From: an uncultured virus (IMG/VR IMGVR_UViG_3300046168_000009)
Taxonomy: Duplodnaviria > Heunggongvirae > Uroviricota > Caudoviricetes > Crassvirales
IMG/VR virus record: IMGVR_UViG_3300046168_000009
Reading direction: 5' to 3' (one strand)
DNA length: 20,000 nucleotides
The notes below the pieces were generated by a model. The model was not told the origin of the DNA and made no database searches. It worked only from the letters and a program-made list of their open reading frames with translations. Below are positions 8,886 through 17,493 of the stretch, one piece after another (the stretch's first letter is position 1; the number at the start of each line of letters is the position of its first letter). The position numbers were made by a program, and so were the translations under genes.

Positions 8886-9174
8886 TGACTTCTATATAAT
8901 GTAAACCATCATTTCCGTTTTGACCTATTACATTCATACGATTAAGCATTGCCTCTTCTATTTCATCAGTTAAACAACGTTTAGCTGCTTCAATATATAA
9001 TAATGCATCCATCAGCTCTTCTTGTACGTCAACTAAAAAACGATTAAGGTCTTTTTTCTGACCTTCTATTTCGTCCATCATTGTAGCTCCATATTTCTTT
9101 TGACCTATTAAACTACGTTCGTCCATCTTCCTTAGTACAGTTTGTACTATCTTATCTTCAGTTCTAATTTTCAT
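8866..9174 (-). CDS. small all-alpha NTP-pyrophosphatase-like (MazG-superfamily-like) protein
   Basis: GQKKYG plus an acidic helix QEELMDALLY (EExxD), a pattern typical of small phage nucleotide-pyrophosphatase-like proteins. The fold call is an inference. Confidence 0.5.
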   Translation of the reverse strand: MKIRTEDKIVQTVLRKMDERSLIGQKKYGATMMDEIEGQKKDLNRFLVDVQEELMDALLYIEAAKRCLTDEIEEAMLNRMNVIGQNGNDGLHYIEVNDEKVL

Positions 9175-9940
9175 CTTTTACAAATGTTCCGTTAATCATT
9201 TTACCTGTACGTGCTGATATTTCAGTATAAGCAGAATCAATACAGTCTTCAATAGACATACCTTCCAGCTCTGCTAAATTAGTTAATACAACAACCATAT
9301 CGCCTACAGCGTCTTGTATTTCAGGTTTATCTTTGTTAAGTAAAGCTTTAGCTAACTCACCAGCTTCTTCCATAAGCTTAACATATTGTGTGTGTGAATT
9401 ACCTCCATCATATATACCTCTAACTAATGCCCAGTTTCTAATAAGATCAAATCTTTCACAATCTAAATTATTAGATATACATTTATTAGGATTATGTTTA
9501 GGATTAAAATAAGCTTCATAAAAAGCTTTATTATAAATATAAGATCTATCACTGTTAAACATAGATGTTTTTACGTTTTGCATAATCCATTTAATGTTCT
9601 CTTTTGTTATTTCAAACTGGCCGAACTCTGTTTTCCACGTTAAACCAATGTTATCCGCTAATCTGCCTTTTAATTTGTTGACAGGCACAGGGAATGTTGA
9701 GGTTTGTTCTGTTGCGTTTATTTTCATTTGATTAAATAATTGTTTATATAATTTTCTATCTTTCTTATAGCCATAAGACTGTTGAAGCTCTATTTCGCGG
9801 TCTGATATATAATCTATATCATCTGACTGCTCAAGAACTTCATACTCATTCTCCTTGTATCCTTGCACAAGGGTTACCCTGTTATTAAGATCACGTGTAA
9901 CACCGATCTTTTTACCTGGTATGTGGTATAAATAATACAT
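9164..9940 (-). CDS. fusion protein: GIY-YIG-like N-terminal domain, unknown middle domain and C-terminal MazG-like NTP pyrophosphohydrolase
   Basis: The C-terminal W..VRG...KLMEEAGEL...IQDAVGD..VVL...AY.EI..R.G is clearly MazG-like. The N-terminal YYLYHI..KKIGVT.DL..R....REIE resembles GIY-YIG. The likely start is MYYLY at 9940. Confidence 0.75.
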   Translation of the reverse strand: MYYLYHIPGKKIGVTRDLNNRVTLVQGYKENEYEVLEQSDDIDYISDREIELQQSYGYKKDRKLYKQLFNQMKINATEQTSTFPVPVNKLKGRLADNIGLTWKTEFGQFEITKENIKWIMQNVKTSMFNSDRSYIYNKAFYEAYFNPKHNPNKCISNNLDCERFDLIRNWALVRGIYDGGNSHTQYVKLMEEAGELAKALLNKDKPEIQDAVGDMVVVLTNLAELEGMSIEDCIDSAYTEISARTGKMINGTFVKDEN

Positions 9941-9944
9941 ATTT

Positions 9945-10586
9945 TTAAAGTTTATCGTTATATAAGTGCATGTTATGTGCATGGTGATAATACCACCCTG
10001 TTTCTAAATTCAATCTGTCTGCAATCATTTTTTGCAATGATGAGAATTGGTATTGATCATTACAGAAACCGTACCAGATGTCATTAGAACGCATATAAAC
10101 AGACATATTTAGTTTATCATTTAGTATTGTAAATTGAACCGCGTAAGTACAAGGAGTATCTTTAGAATATTTATCGTATTCTTTAGCATCATAAATACTT
10201 ATTGCAGCGTGTCTAGTATTAGGATTATCTTTTAGTTTAGCCACAACATAATCTATTTGATTGTTTCTTTTCCACTGATAACCATAGTTACTATTTACAT
10301 TACCGTTGCTATCAGCCATGCGTTCCCATATAGGAGGTATTTTACCATATAGTTGACCTAACTTAATTATATTAGGATCTCCAGACAAGTACCATTGCCA
10401 TTCAGCTTCAGCATATTTTAAACTCCAATTACGTTGTTTGTTTGTTATGTGATTCTCTTGTGGATTCATAATATAAAAACCACAATTAAACAAAGCTTTA
10501 GTATTGTCAAAATCTTCTCCATGTTGAATGGTTTGATCTAATAAAAACTCGTATGCTTCGTTTGCGTTTTTAAATCTTGCGTTCAT
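9945..10586 (-). CDS. thymidylate synthase-fold enzyme, dCMP hydroxymethylase/methylase-like
   Basis: Motifs YAEAEW.WY, NSNYG, NTRHA, catalytic DTPCT, MRSNDIWYGFCND and NMHLY. Asp sits at the substrate-specificity position. The likely start is MNARF at 10586 (213 aa). Confidence 0.85.
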   Translation of the reverse strand: MNARFKNANEAYEFLLDQTIQHGEDFDNTKALFNCGFYIMNPQENHITNKQRNWSLKYAEAEWQWYLSGDPNIIKLGQLYGKIPPIWERMADSNGNVNSNYGYQWKRNNQIDYVVAKLKDNPNTRHAAISIYDAKEYDKYSKDTPCTYAVQFTILNDKLNMSVYMRSNDIWYGFCNDQYQFSSLQKMIADRLNLETGWYYHHAHNMHLYNDKL

Positions 10587-10824
10587 ATTTATTATAATAG
10601 TATTTATAAAATTCGTATAGTTTAATCCATATGGTTGTTGGGCCATATGCTTCTGGTGATCTATTTATCTTGCCACCATTGTTGATCTCTATATACCAGC
10701 TCCCGTTCCCAGTCGCGAATGGGGATATAAATATCTTGTTCCTTATACACCAAATATATGCCTTCATGTCCTCCGAGGACTGCGTATATAGACCCATCGT
10801 GTTCTTTTGTTTTTTTGCTGGCAT
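10570..10824 (-). CDS. hypothetical protein
   Basis: 84-aa ORF abutting the primase-helicase stop and overlapping the start of the ThyA-fold gene. Confidence 0.7.
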   Translation of the reverse strand: MPAKKQKNTMGLYTQSSEDMKAYIWCIRNKIFISPFATGNGSWYIEINNGGKINRSPEAYGPTTIWIKLYEFYKYYYNKYERKI

Positions 10825-12549
10825 TTATTCCCATGGCATTGGTTCGTTGTTAATACCTATTGGTTCGTGAGGTATAAAACAACCTGATTTATGTTCCCAT
10901 TTAAAATGTGCTTCAGCGCCGTTTTCACCAAGGTTTTGAAACTTAACTTTTAGCACTTTAGCTTTAACTGTTTTAGCATCATAATCTCTATGAACTAATA
11001 TACCGTGATAACTAGCGTCATACCATTCGCCGCCACCTTTAATGTTGTACATCGTTGGTTCTTCCATCTTACCATCTTTGTCTTTATACATTTTAGTTGG
11101 ATGCGCTACTATAAATACTAACACATCAAACTTTTTTGCAAATACTTCTATTTTAGTTAAGTATTCCATTGTGTATCGGTTAACATCTTCTGTTTTACAA
11201 TCAACGTCTCTTACTTTATTAAACGGATCTATAACTAGGCATTTAATACCTTTACGTTTAACAAGCTCAGCTCCTTTTCGCAACACAGATTCTAGTGTGT
11301 AACGCTCCATATCAATGTGAAAATAGTTAGTATTACAATGATCAGCTATTTGATTCCATTTGTCACCATGTATATCTGCTGCTGTTGGCATACCTTCCCA
11401 GGTTTTACGCATTAATTTGTGAGCATGAAGATACGTCGGCGCATTCTCTGGCGATGCAAAAGCCGTCTTCCAACCGTAGTTACGATTATACCCGACAACC
11501 ATTTGATCAACGAAGTCTGATTTACCGCTACTAGGTATACCAGTGACAGTAATAAATTGACCGGTATAAGTAGAAAATATGTCGTCAAAATTGGATAAAC
11601 CAACTTGATATCCTTTCTTAAAGCCATTACGGACAAAGTCAGTAACCTCATCTTCAATATCCTTGAATGTTGTAACATTTTCGAGTGGTACGGGTCTCGC
11701 GGAGGTAATACGCTGTACCAGTTTTTCTTTGCCATGTTTCTGTAAGTATTCATTAGCATCTTTACAGTCATCAAACGTCGCTAGATAACAAACCTCAGCT
11801 CCAAGTCTACGGACTAATTCTGATTGTAACGCTTGCCCTGCCTCATCTGAATCAACTGCTAGTATGATTTTTTCTTTGTCTTCAAAGTAATCAATACAGT
11901 TATCAAGATAATCTAAATTGTTATTGTTTAATGTTGCGCCATTAGGTACAGATATAACATTTGGTATACCAGCCTCATGTAGTGCTAACACATCCATTTC
12001 GCCTTCAGTTATAATACAATACTCATAACCTACTATACTATTTATATTATAGAACACTTTTTCAGCACCCTTATATAATTTAAAGTTTTTTCTGCCATCG
12101 CGATACTTAACATTAATAAGTTGATCGCCCATGAAATAATTGAACTTTATTGTGTTCTCAGACTTACCGGTTTGCGGCATATACTCAGCACCCTCGCTGA
12201 TTTCTAAATCATAAAGGGTCTGAGTTCCTATACCTCTTGCTTTAAACCATTCAATTACCTTGTCGCTTAAAAACTCAGGATATTCAGTATCACTAGGTGG
12301 ACCAATGGGTCTTACATATTCTTTTTCGCTAGCTCCTTTACGTTGATAAGTATGTAATTGAAATGATGTATTACAATTATGACAAGTTCCGAGACCCCGT
12401 TCCCAATCATAAGACGCACATTTTGCCTTTTGATTCTTGGGTTTTCTATCGTGAGAACAAAGCGGGCATACACCTTGCTTTTTTCCCTCTTCAAGCTTAT
12501 ATTGATTGAATTCATCAATCAAGAATCCATTGATCTCTATTGTCTGCAT
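10825..12549 (-). CDS. primase-helicase (T7 gp4/Twinkle-like)
   Basis: Zinc finger CPLC...CHNC, TOPRIM motifs EGEMD/DSDEAG/KDANE, Walker A GIPSSGKS, Walker B LVIDP and VAHP. Confidence 0.93.
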   Translation of the reverse strand: MQTIEINGFLIDEFNQYKLEEGKKQGVCPLCSHDRKPKNQKAKCASYDWERGLGTCHNCNTSFQLHTYQRKGASEKEYVRPIGPPSDTEYPEFLSDKVIEWFKARGIGTQTLYDLEISEGAEYMPQTGKSENTIKFNYFMGDQLINVKYRDGRKNFKLYKGAEKVFYNINSIVGYEYCIITEGEMDVLALHEAGIPNVISVPNGATLNNNNLDYLDNCIDYFEDKEKIILAVDSDEAGQALQSELVRRLGAEVCYLATFDDCKDANEYLQKHGKEKLVQRITSARPVPLENVTTFKDIEDEVTDFVRNGFKKGYQVGLSNFDDIFSTYTGQFITVTGIPSSGKSDFVDQMVVGYNRNYGWKTAFASPENAPTYLHAHKLMRKTWEGMPTAADIHGDKWNQIADHCNTNYFHIDMERYTLESVLRKGAELVKRKGIKCLVIDPFNKVRDVDCKTEDVNRYTMEYLTKIEVFAKKFDVLVFIVAHPTKMYKDKDGKMEEPTMYNIKGGGEWYDASYHGILVHRDYDAKTVKAKVLKVKFQNLGENGAEAHFKWEHKSGCFIPHEPIGINNEPMPWE

Positions 12550-12559
12550 TTAATTTAAT

Positions 12560-12868
12560 TTAAAATGGTAAATCATCTGCCTGTGCTGCAACTGGCGCTG
12601 CTTGTGCAGGTTGATCTTGTCTTGGCGCTGGTTCAACATTAGTACCGTTAGTCCACACAACTTGTACGTTTCCTAAATATACTTTAGCAACTTTAGCCTC
12701 TCTTTCTTCCTTTGATTGTGCTACAACCACAGGACCGTTGTTACCGAACTGATCTAACTCATCATTTATGGTTATTGTTATCGGTAAGTATTTACCTTTT
12801 TTACCTTCAATTATTTTATCCTTAGGTATATTATTAAGGTTAATACTAGTTTTAATTATACTTGCCAT
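12560..12868 (-). CDS. putative single-stranded DNA-binding protein
   Basis: Beta-rich small protein with a P/Q/A linker and an acidic DDLPF C-terminal tail, next to ERF, RecE and the helicase. Confidence 0.7.
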   Translation of the reverse strand: MASIIKTSINLNNIPKDKIIEGKKGKYLPITITINDELDQFGNNGPVVVAQSKEEREAKVAKVYLGNVQVVWTNGTNVEPAPRQDQPAQAAPVAAQADDLPF

Positions 12869-13047
12869 TATGCGTATTGATTTATTTGATTAAACATCCT
12901 AGCTAACTGATCTTTTGTCGCGTTAGTAGTTCTTCTTATATTGTCTACAGCTTTTACGTGCGTTTGGTTTCTGTAAAAATTATTTACATCAGTTTCTAAT
13001 CCTGTTACACTGCATACTTTTGTTTGGTTTTTTCTGGTTCTTGCCAT
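12868..13047 (-). CDS. 59-aa hypothetical protein
   Basis: The likely start is MARTRKNQ at 13047, just after the exonuclease stop. TAATG coupling to the SSB gene. Confidence 0.65.
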   Translation of the reverse strand: MARTRKNQTKVCSVTGLETDVNNFYRNQTHVKAVDNIRRTTNATKDQLARMFNQINQYA

Positions 13048-13048
13048 A

Positions 13049-13780
13049 TTATAAGGTTTTATTAATAAAATATTGTGTAGGATCAAAGCCTTCAGACTTG
13101 TAAAATAATTCATAAGCCTGAACTGCTCTTTCAACTTTGTCCTTACCACGTTCATAAAATTCTGGTGAGCAGTCAAATATACCTATTTGGCCTGTATTTT
13201 TATCAATGGCAATAAATACCATTTCATAACCAAATAGTTTACTATAAATATAAGCTTGTGAGTCATAATTATACTTGGAAGCTGAATATTTAAATTTATT
13301 AAGATCTGCTGTTGTCTTTAAATCAACAACTAGCTTCTCTGAATGATTTATAATATCTGCTTTACCTTTCCATTTATGACCTTCAAGTTCTGTAATGCCA
13401 GGCACTTCATATTCGCATTGTCCTTCGCGTATAAGATCATAGCATATTTTATTAGCTAACATTTTATCTGTTAGTTTTTCTATATTATCAACCTCGTGTT
13501 GTAACAAACATAGCTCACCGCCTGACATCTCTTTATACACTTTTGTATTTCTAGTTGTAGCCTCTATAATCTTAAACTTTTTAAGTTTGTCAGGTTCTAG
13601 AATAGCCGTGTGGAAATATCCACCAACTAAAAACGCAGGTCTAGCTTCTGAAGCTTTTCCTAGTGCTAAAGGATTTGTAAGCAAAGTACTGATATCTGAG
13701 TTACTAAGATACTTTTTACCAAAGGCACCGTAGTAATGCTCATCATCACGTAGCTTTTCAATTGCTTTTTCTTTATTCAT
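13049..13780 (-). CDS. RecE/exonuclease VIII-like PD-(D/E)XK exonuclease (DUF3799-like)
   Basis: Motifs YY...LSNS, G.YFHTAILEP, KGKAD, VVDLKTT and Y.YD.QA.IY. Confidence 0.85.
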   Translation of the reverse strand: MNKEKAIEKLRDDEHYYGAFGKKYLSNSDISTLLTNPLALGKASEARPAFLVGGYFHTAILEPDKLKKFKIIEATTRNTKVYKEMSGGELCLLQHEVDNIEKLTDKMLANKICYDLIREGQCEYEVPGITELEGHKWKGKADIINHSEKLVVDLKTTADLNKFKYSASKYNYDSQAYIYSKLFGYEMVFIAIDKNTGQIGIFDCSPEFYERGKDKVERAVQAYELFYKSEGFDPTQYFINKTL

Positions 13781-13781
13781 A

Positions 13782-14330
13782 TTATAGTGTTGTTAATGCT
13801 CCTTCTATTTCTTGAGATAGAGCATATTTAGCTTTTATAGCTGATACTTTACCACCTGCTGTTACATATTGAACCGCTTTCTCGTAAGCTGGATCTTTTT
13901 TAGAGGTTAAAGTTGGTTTTTTTGGCGTAAATTTCTTTTTGCCATGATCATTTGTAGCGTCACTATCTGCAGTATCATCAATTAAGAATAAATTACCTAA
14001 TGCGTATTTTTTAGCATACGAAGATGCTGAACCAAATTGCTGAGGTGTTTGCATGCCTTTTTGATTTAAGTCTACACCAACTATAGCTGTAGCTTGTATA
14101 GCATTTTCGCCATCGGATACAGTTGCAGTTGTTTGCATTATAGGCATATTGTGGTTATCGATTAGTTCTTCATTAATCGTTACCGATACTCCTAATTCTA
14201 ATAAAAAGGGTTTTGTTGCTTCTAGGATATCTTCGGCTGATCTGAAGTTGTACTTACCGAAGGAGTTAAATCTACTTTTTTTCGATTTAAACTTTGTTTG
14301 GATTGTCGCTAATTTTTCGTTTATAGTCAT
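13782..14330 (-). CDS. erf: ERF-family single-strand annealing protein
   Basis: Motifs NSFGKYNFRSAEDI and QQFGSASSYAKKYALGNLFLI...DSD (ERF signature G..SSY..+Y.L..LF). Confidence 0.88.
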   Translation of the reverse strand: MTINEKLATIQTKFKSKKSRFNSFGKYNFRSAEDILEATKPFLLELGVSVTINEELIDNHNMPIMQTTATVSDGENAIQATAIVGVDLNQKGMQTPQQFGSASSYAKKYALGNLFLIDDTADSDATNDHGKKKFTPKKPTLTSKKDPAYEKAVQYVTAGGKVSAIKAKYALSQEIEGALTTL

Positions 14331-14395
14331 TCGTTCGTTTTTAAATTTGCTTATTATTATAATTACATGTTTTATTTTAGATTTACATACATAAC

Positions 14396-15151
14396 CTACA
14401 GATAATCAAGCACTTGCGAGTGATCAACATTATCTATTAATTTTTGTACTGCTTGTCTTTTTAACTGTGATATTCTAACATATGCGCTACTACCTTTTAT
14501 ATCTAATATCTTAGCTATACTTTTAGCATCATGCTTATCACAATCTAAGCCGTAGCTTAATCTTAATACTTCATATTCTTTTGTATCTAAATATTTAGCC
14601 ATTAAACTTTTTAAATATAAATTTAATAACTGCATGTTATACGGCTCTGATTTATCTGGTATTTGATAAGCCATATTGTCGTCGTCTGTTGGTTTATCAT
14701 CTATACTTAAAAATATAGAATTAAAAAACATTGCAACCATTTTTTTGTCTTTGCCAAAGTTCTTACGTATCTCATTTAGCTTATGCTCAGGTATACGTAT
14801 ATCACCTCTGTTAATATCAATAGCTCTACGTATCGCACCTCTTATTCTTTTAGATAAAAAAGACTTAAGAGTTTTTTCTTGATCTTCTGATTCTTTTAAT
14901 GTTTGATAATCTAACCTGTCTACTGCTTGTGTTAAACCTGCACAACCATCTTGTATTAAGTCCATTATAGTCATAACACGCAGAGAGCTTGTTGAGTGTT
15001 GAAAATTTTCTAGATTTTCTACTAAGGCATAATATTAAAGATTAATTCATCTTTTTGTAGATAGTAAATCACCAATCTACAACTTCTGGAGATTGCTATA
15101 TAGAACTTAATCTTCTTTTATCTAATATAGTTTTTATATTATATTCTTCAT
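14396..15151 (-). CDS. phage sigma-70-like RNA polymerase sigma factor; 5' part frameshifted in this sequence
   Basis: The intact part 14396..14974 shows region 2 (DLIQDG..GL..AVDR; KRIRGAIRRAID) and the region 4 HTH (LSYGL...IAKIL...RISQLKRQAVQKL). Upstream fragments (NYIR, KDEL, MP/VENL, RKFST, QQA) occur in shifting frames back to an ATG at 15151. Confidence 0.8.
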
Positions 15152-15747
15152 TTAGTATATTTTTTTCTTTTTTAATTGTTTATTTAATTTCTATAATTGT
15201 TCTTTTAGAACATTAAGTAATCCAGCTACTTCCCCATGTTATTTTCTTACTGTCCGTTTAAGATCTAACATGATTGATAAATAAGCTCTTCATCAACTCG
15301 TGATGATCTACTATTAATTTACCTACAATACTTAGTTTTTCCTTATAGTTAACCGTATAGGTTAAATACTACTTTACGTATTTTGTTACAGGTGGTTCAC
15401 CACCTTTTAAACACATCTTCTATCATATCATTTAATATTTTCTTTTTAATAAAAAATGTAACAAAACCATTTTCTTTATCAGCTATAAATCTAAACATGT
15501 GTTCCATTAATAATGGATTACCATGTGGTATATCTTCATTGAGATAATATAAAACAAGCATGTGCCACTTTAATGATTTATACGTAGTTATCTTAGCCTT
15601 ACTATTAAATAAGTGATAACATTGATATGTACCATTAGCGTAGTATTTATATTGTTTGGTTTCAATAGTAGGTATATCAGTATCAGGATCTTTCCTATAT
15701 ACGATGCGTCTATCATTTAACCATTTTATATTTCTTTCGTATGACAT
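15139..15747 (-). CDS. hypothetical protein with a C-terminal HTH-like motif; 3' part frameshifted
   Basis: Track ORF 15397..15747 continues in shifting frames as GGEPP/NKIRKVVF/EKLSIVGKLI/RSSRVDEELIYQ/KKITW/EVAGLL/CSKRTI/EKNILNEE. Confidence 0.6.
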
Positions 15748-15761
15748 TTGCCTATTACTAT

Positions 15762-16100
15762 TTATCTCTTAATCTCTATTGTCACATTTTCCCATTTACC
15801 ACCTTTTAATTTTTTAGAAACTAAAAAATCTATACGTGAGGTCCATCTTTTATTCATTCTGTCTTGCACGGTCCATACTCCATCGAGATCACCCGCGCCT
15901 GTTACTATTACTTTTACGCCAAAAGTATAACCTTCAGCTTCTAAATCCCTGCTTACAGCTATCCACCTATGTGATTGTGGATCTTCCATATTAATGTGTT
16001 TACCACTAGCTGTAATATGTGGAGTACTATCAGTTTGTTCTGGTACCGCATGGTATATTGTCGCAGTAACCAAAATTATCTTTAATGTATTTATTATCAT
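15762..16100 (-). CDS. 3D-domain (MltA-like) protein, putative cell-wall hydrolase
   Basis: Motifs VTAT.Y, ITASG, WIAVSRDL, V.DRM and RIDFL. Confidence 0.75.
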   Translation of the reverse strand: MIINTLKIILVTATIYHAVPEQTDSTPHITASGKHINMEDPQSHRWIAVSRDLEAEGYTFGVKVIVTGAGDLDGVWTVQDRMNKRWTSRIDFLVSKKLKGGKWENVTIEIKR

Positions 16101-16551
16101 ATAGTTTTTCTTTGTTATGCGCTATATGTTTCTTGTCATATACGTAGTATAACCAGTACGCGTGTATAGCACAAGCACGCTTGTATTCATCGGGCATAGC
16201 CTGTGGTGGTTGTGTAAACTTTCCATTAGGCATACCTGGAGGATAACAGGCTAATGGCTCCCAGCATTTAGTAATTGTTAAATGTGTTTTACCATATCTA
16301 GCTGTATATTCCTCACCTAAGGCTATCATATGATTATATAGCCATCTGTAATTATTTTTATTTTGTCTACACCATATTGTTGATGGGTGATTATAATGAG
16401 CTTTTTTATAAGGTACATTATCACCGTTGTCATAATGATGGTGTGCAGTACAAAGCATTTGAGCTGATTCTAATATCATCTTAACCACATGCTTATTATA
16501 TTGTGTCTCTGCAGCTTTATAAGGGTCTTTATCTAAATAAAATATGTTCAT
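16030..16551 (-). CDS. pyrimidine-dimer DNA glycosylase/endonuclease V-family protein
   Basis: Motifs MNIFYLD, HVVKMILESAQML, HYNHPSTIW, EY..RYGK.H and PQAMPDEYK. Confidence 0.8.
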   Translation of the reverse strand: MNIFYLDKDPYKAAETQYNKHVVKMILESAQMLCTAHHHYDNGDNVPYKKAHYNHPSTIWCRQNKNNYRWLYNHMIALGEEYTARYGKTHLTITKCWEPLACYPPGMPNGKFTQPPQAMPDEYKRACAIHAYWLYYVYDKKHIAHNKEKLYDNKYIKDNFGYCDNIPCGTRTN

Positions 16552-16658
16552 CTATATCTTTTGTTTTGTAACCTATTATAGTGTGCGTCTAATAATATAT
16601 GAGCAACTTCTTCGCTGATCATATTATCATTATATAATTTCCATATTACTTTACTCAT
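16548..16658 (-). CDS. 36-aa hypothetical protein
   Basis: Translates as MSKVIWKLYNDNMISEEVAHILLDAHYNRLQNKRYR, coupled to both neighbours. Confidence 0.6.
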   Translation of the reverse strand: MSKVIWKLYNDNMISEEVAHILLDAHYNRLQNKRYR

Positions 16659-17493
16659 AATTACGTAAACATTTAAACATTGGGTGCCTGTAGCTACCTG
16701 CTTTAGTACGTTCAAAGTACGTAAAAGTAGCAATTTCGCCTATGTAGTCGTGAATATTATCTTGAATTTTAGCTAGATCTTTATAAGTAAAGCCTTTACC
16801 TGGAGGACAACCGAATTCTACACCTTTTGCATCTTGCATTAAGAACTTGCCTAGTGTACCTTTACGTTTGCCTTTACCTGCTTCATAACCTACAATGGTA
16901 GCTTCTGCATCATGAAAATCTTTGAATTTCTGTAGACCATAAGAACGTTTGCACTGATATTCAGTGTTTAAACGTAATATAGAACCTTCATAGTCTTGTT
17001 CTAAAAAATTTTTATGCTTTAAATTAGCGTGACCGTTAGATGTTACTTGCCATGTAGGAACATATTTTACACAATAAGAATACATATCACTAACACTTAA
17101 GTTGCGCATTCTTTGTGAATAAAGCTCATTACCATTAGCATAATCGTAACAGTGGAATTGTACTAATTTTTTAGATTTAGAACGCATATAAGCTGTTGGC
17201 TTTTGAGTTCTAACTAATGATATAATTTGTTCGAAGTCGTTACGTAGTTCGTGATTGTATAGTTCACCGTCTAGTATAGCGTCTGGGTGTTCTGCAAACC
17301 AAGGTTTAAGACTTTTTAAAATATGTCTTATATTAAGCCAAGGTTTTCCTGTGCGTGAATAAGCTATTACTTTTCCTGTTTCGTCGAGCTGTATTATACA
17401 GCGAACGCCGTCAAGCTTTGGTTGCATAAACACTTTCTCGGACCAGTCGACAGGTTTTTTGCCTACTTTGTATGCGAGCATTGGTTTTATCAT
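16651..17493 (-). CDS. lig: ATP-dependent DNA ligase
   Basis: Motifs KPMLA, motif I QPKLDGVR, SRTG, DGELY, FHCYD, EGSILR and QKFK, plus an OB domain ending RHP.F..LR. Confidence 0.93.
   Translation of the reverse strand: MIKPMLAYKVGKKPVDWSEKVFMQPKLDGVRCIIQLDETGKVIAYSRTGKPWLNIRHILKSLKPWFAEHPDAILDGELYNHELRNDFEQIISLVRTQKPTAYMRSKSKKLVQFHCYDYANGNELYSQRMRNLSVSDMYSYCVKYVPTWQVTSNGHANLKHKNFLEQDYEGSILRLNTEYQCKRSYGLQKFKDFHDAEATIVGYEAGKGKRKGTLGKFLMQDAKGVEFGCPPGKGFTYKDLAKIQDNIHDYIGEIATFTYFERTKAGSYRHPMFKCLRNYE

Noticed and set aside
9945..10586. Plain thyA annotation
   Set aside because: The specificity residue is Asp rather than Asn, so the symbol was withheld pending an assay.
592..14882. Antisense or alternate-frame track ORFs (e.g. 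592..933, 2821..3066, 3850..4134, 4001..4303, 4659..4853, 4714..5181, 5278..5640, 5725..6033, 7608..7808, 7932..8177, 10631..10870, 11042..11302, 11412..11774, 12312..12518, 14149..14394, 14676..14882)
   Set aside because: They are shadows of well-supported genes and show no recognisable motifs. The same applies to 15748..15930 and 18852..19040.
14975..15405. Stop-codon reassignment, programmed frameshifting or a DGR variable region as the cause of the broken ORFs
   Set aside because: The breaks are many frame changes rather than in-frame stops, and all other genes read intact in code 11. No template repeat or reverse transcriptase is visible.
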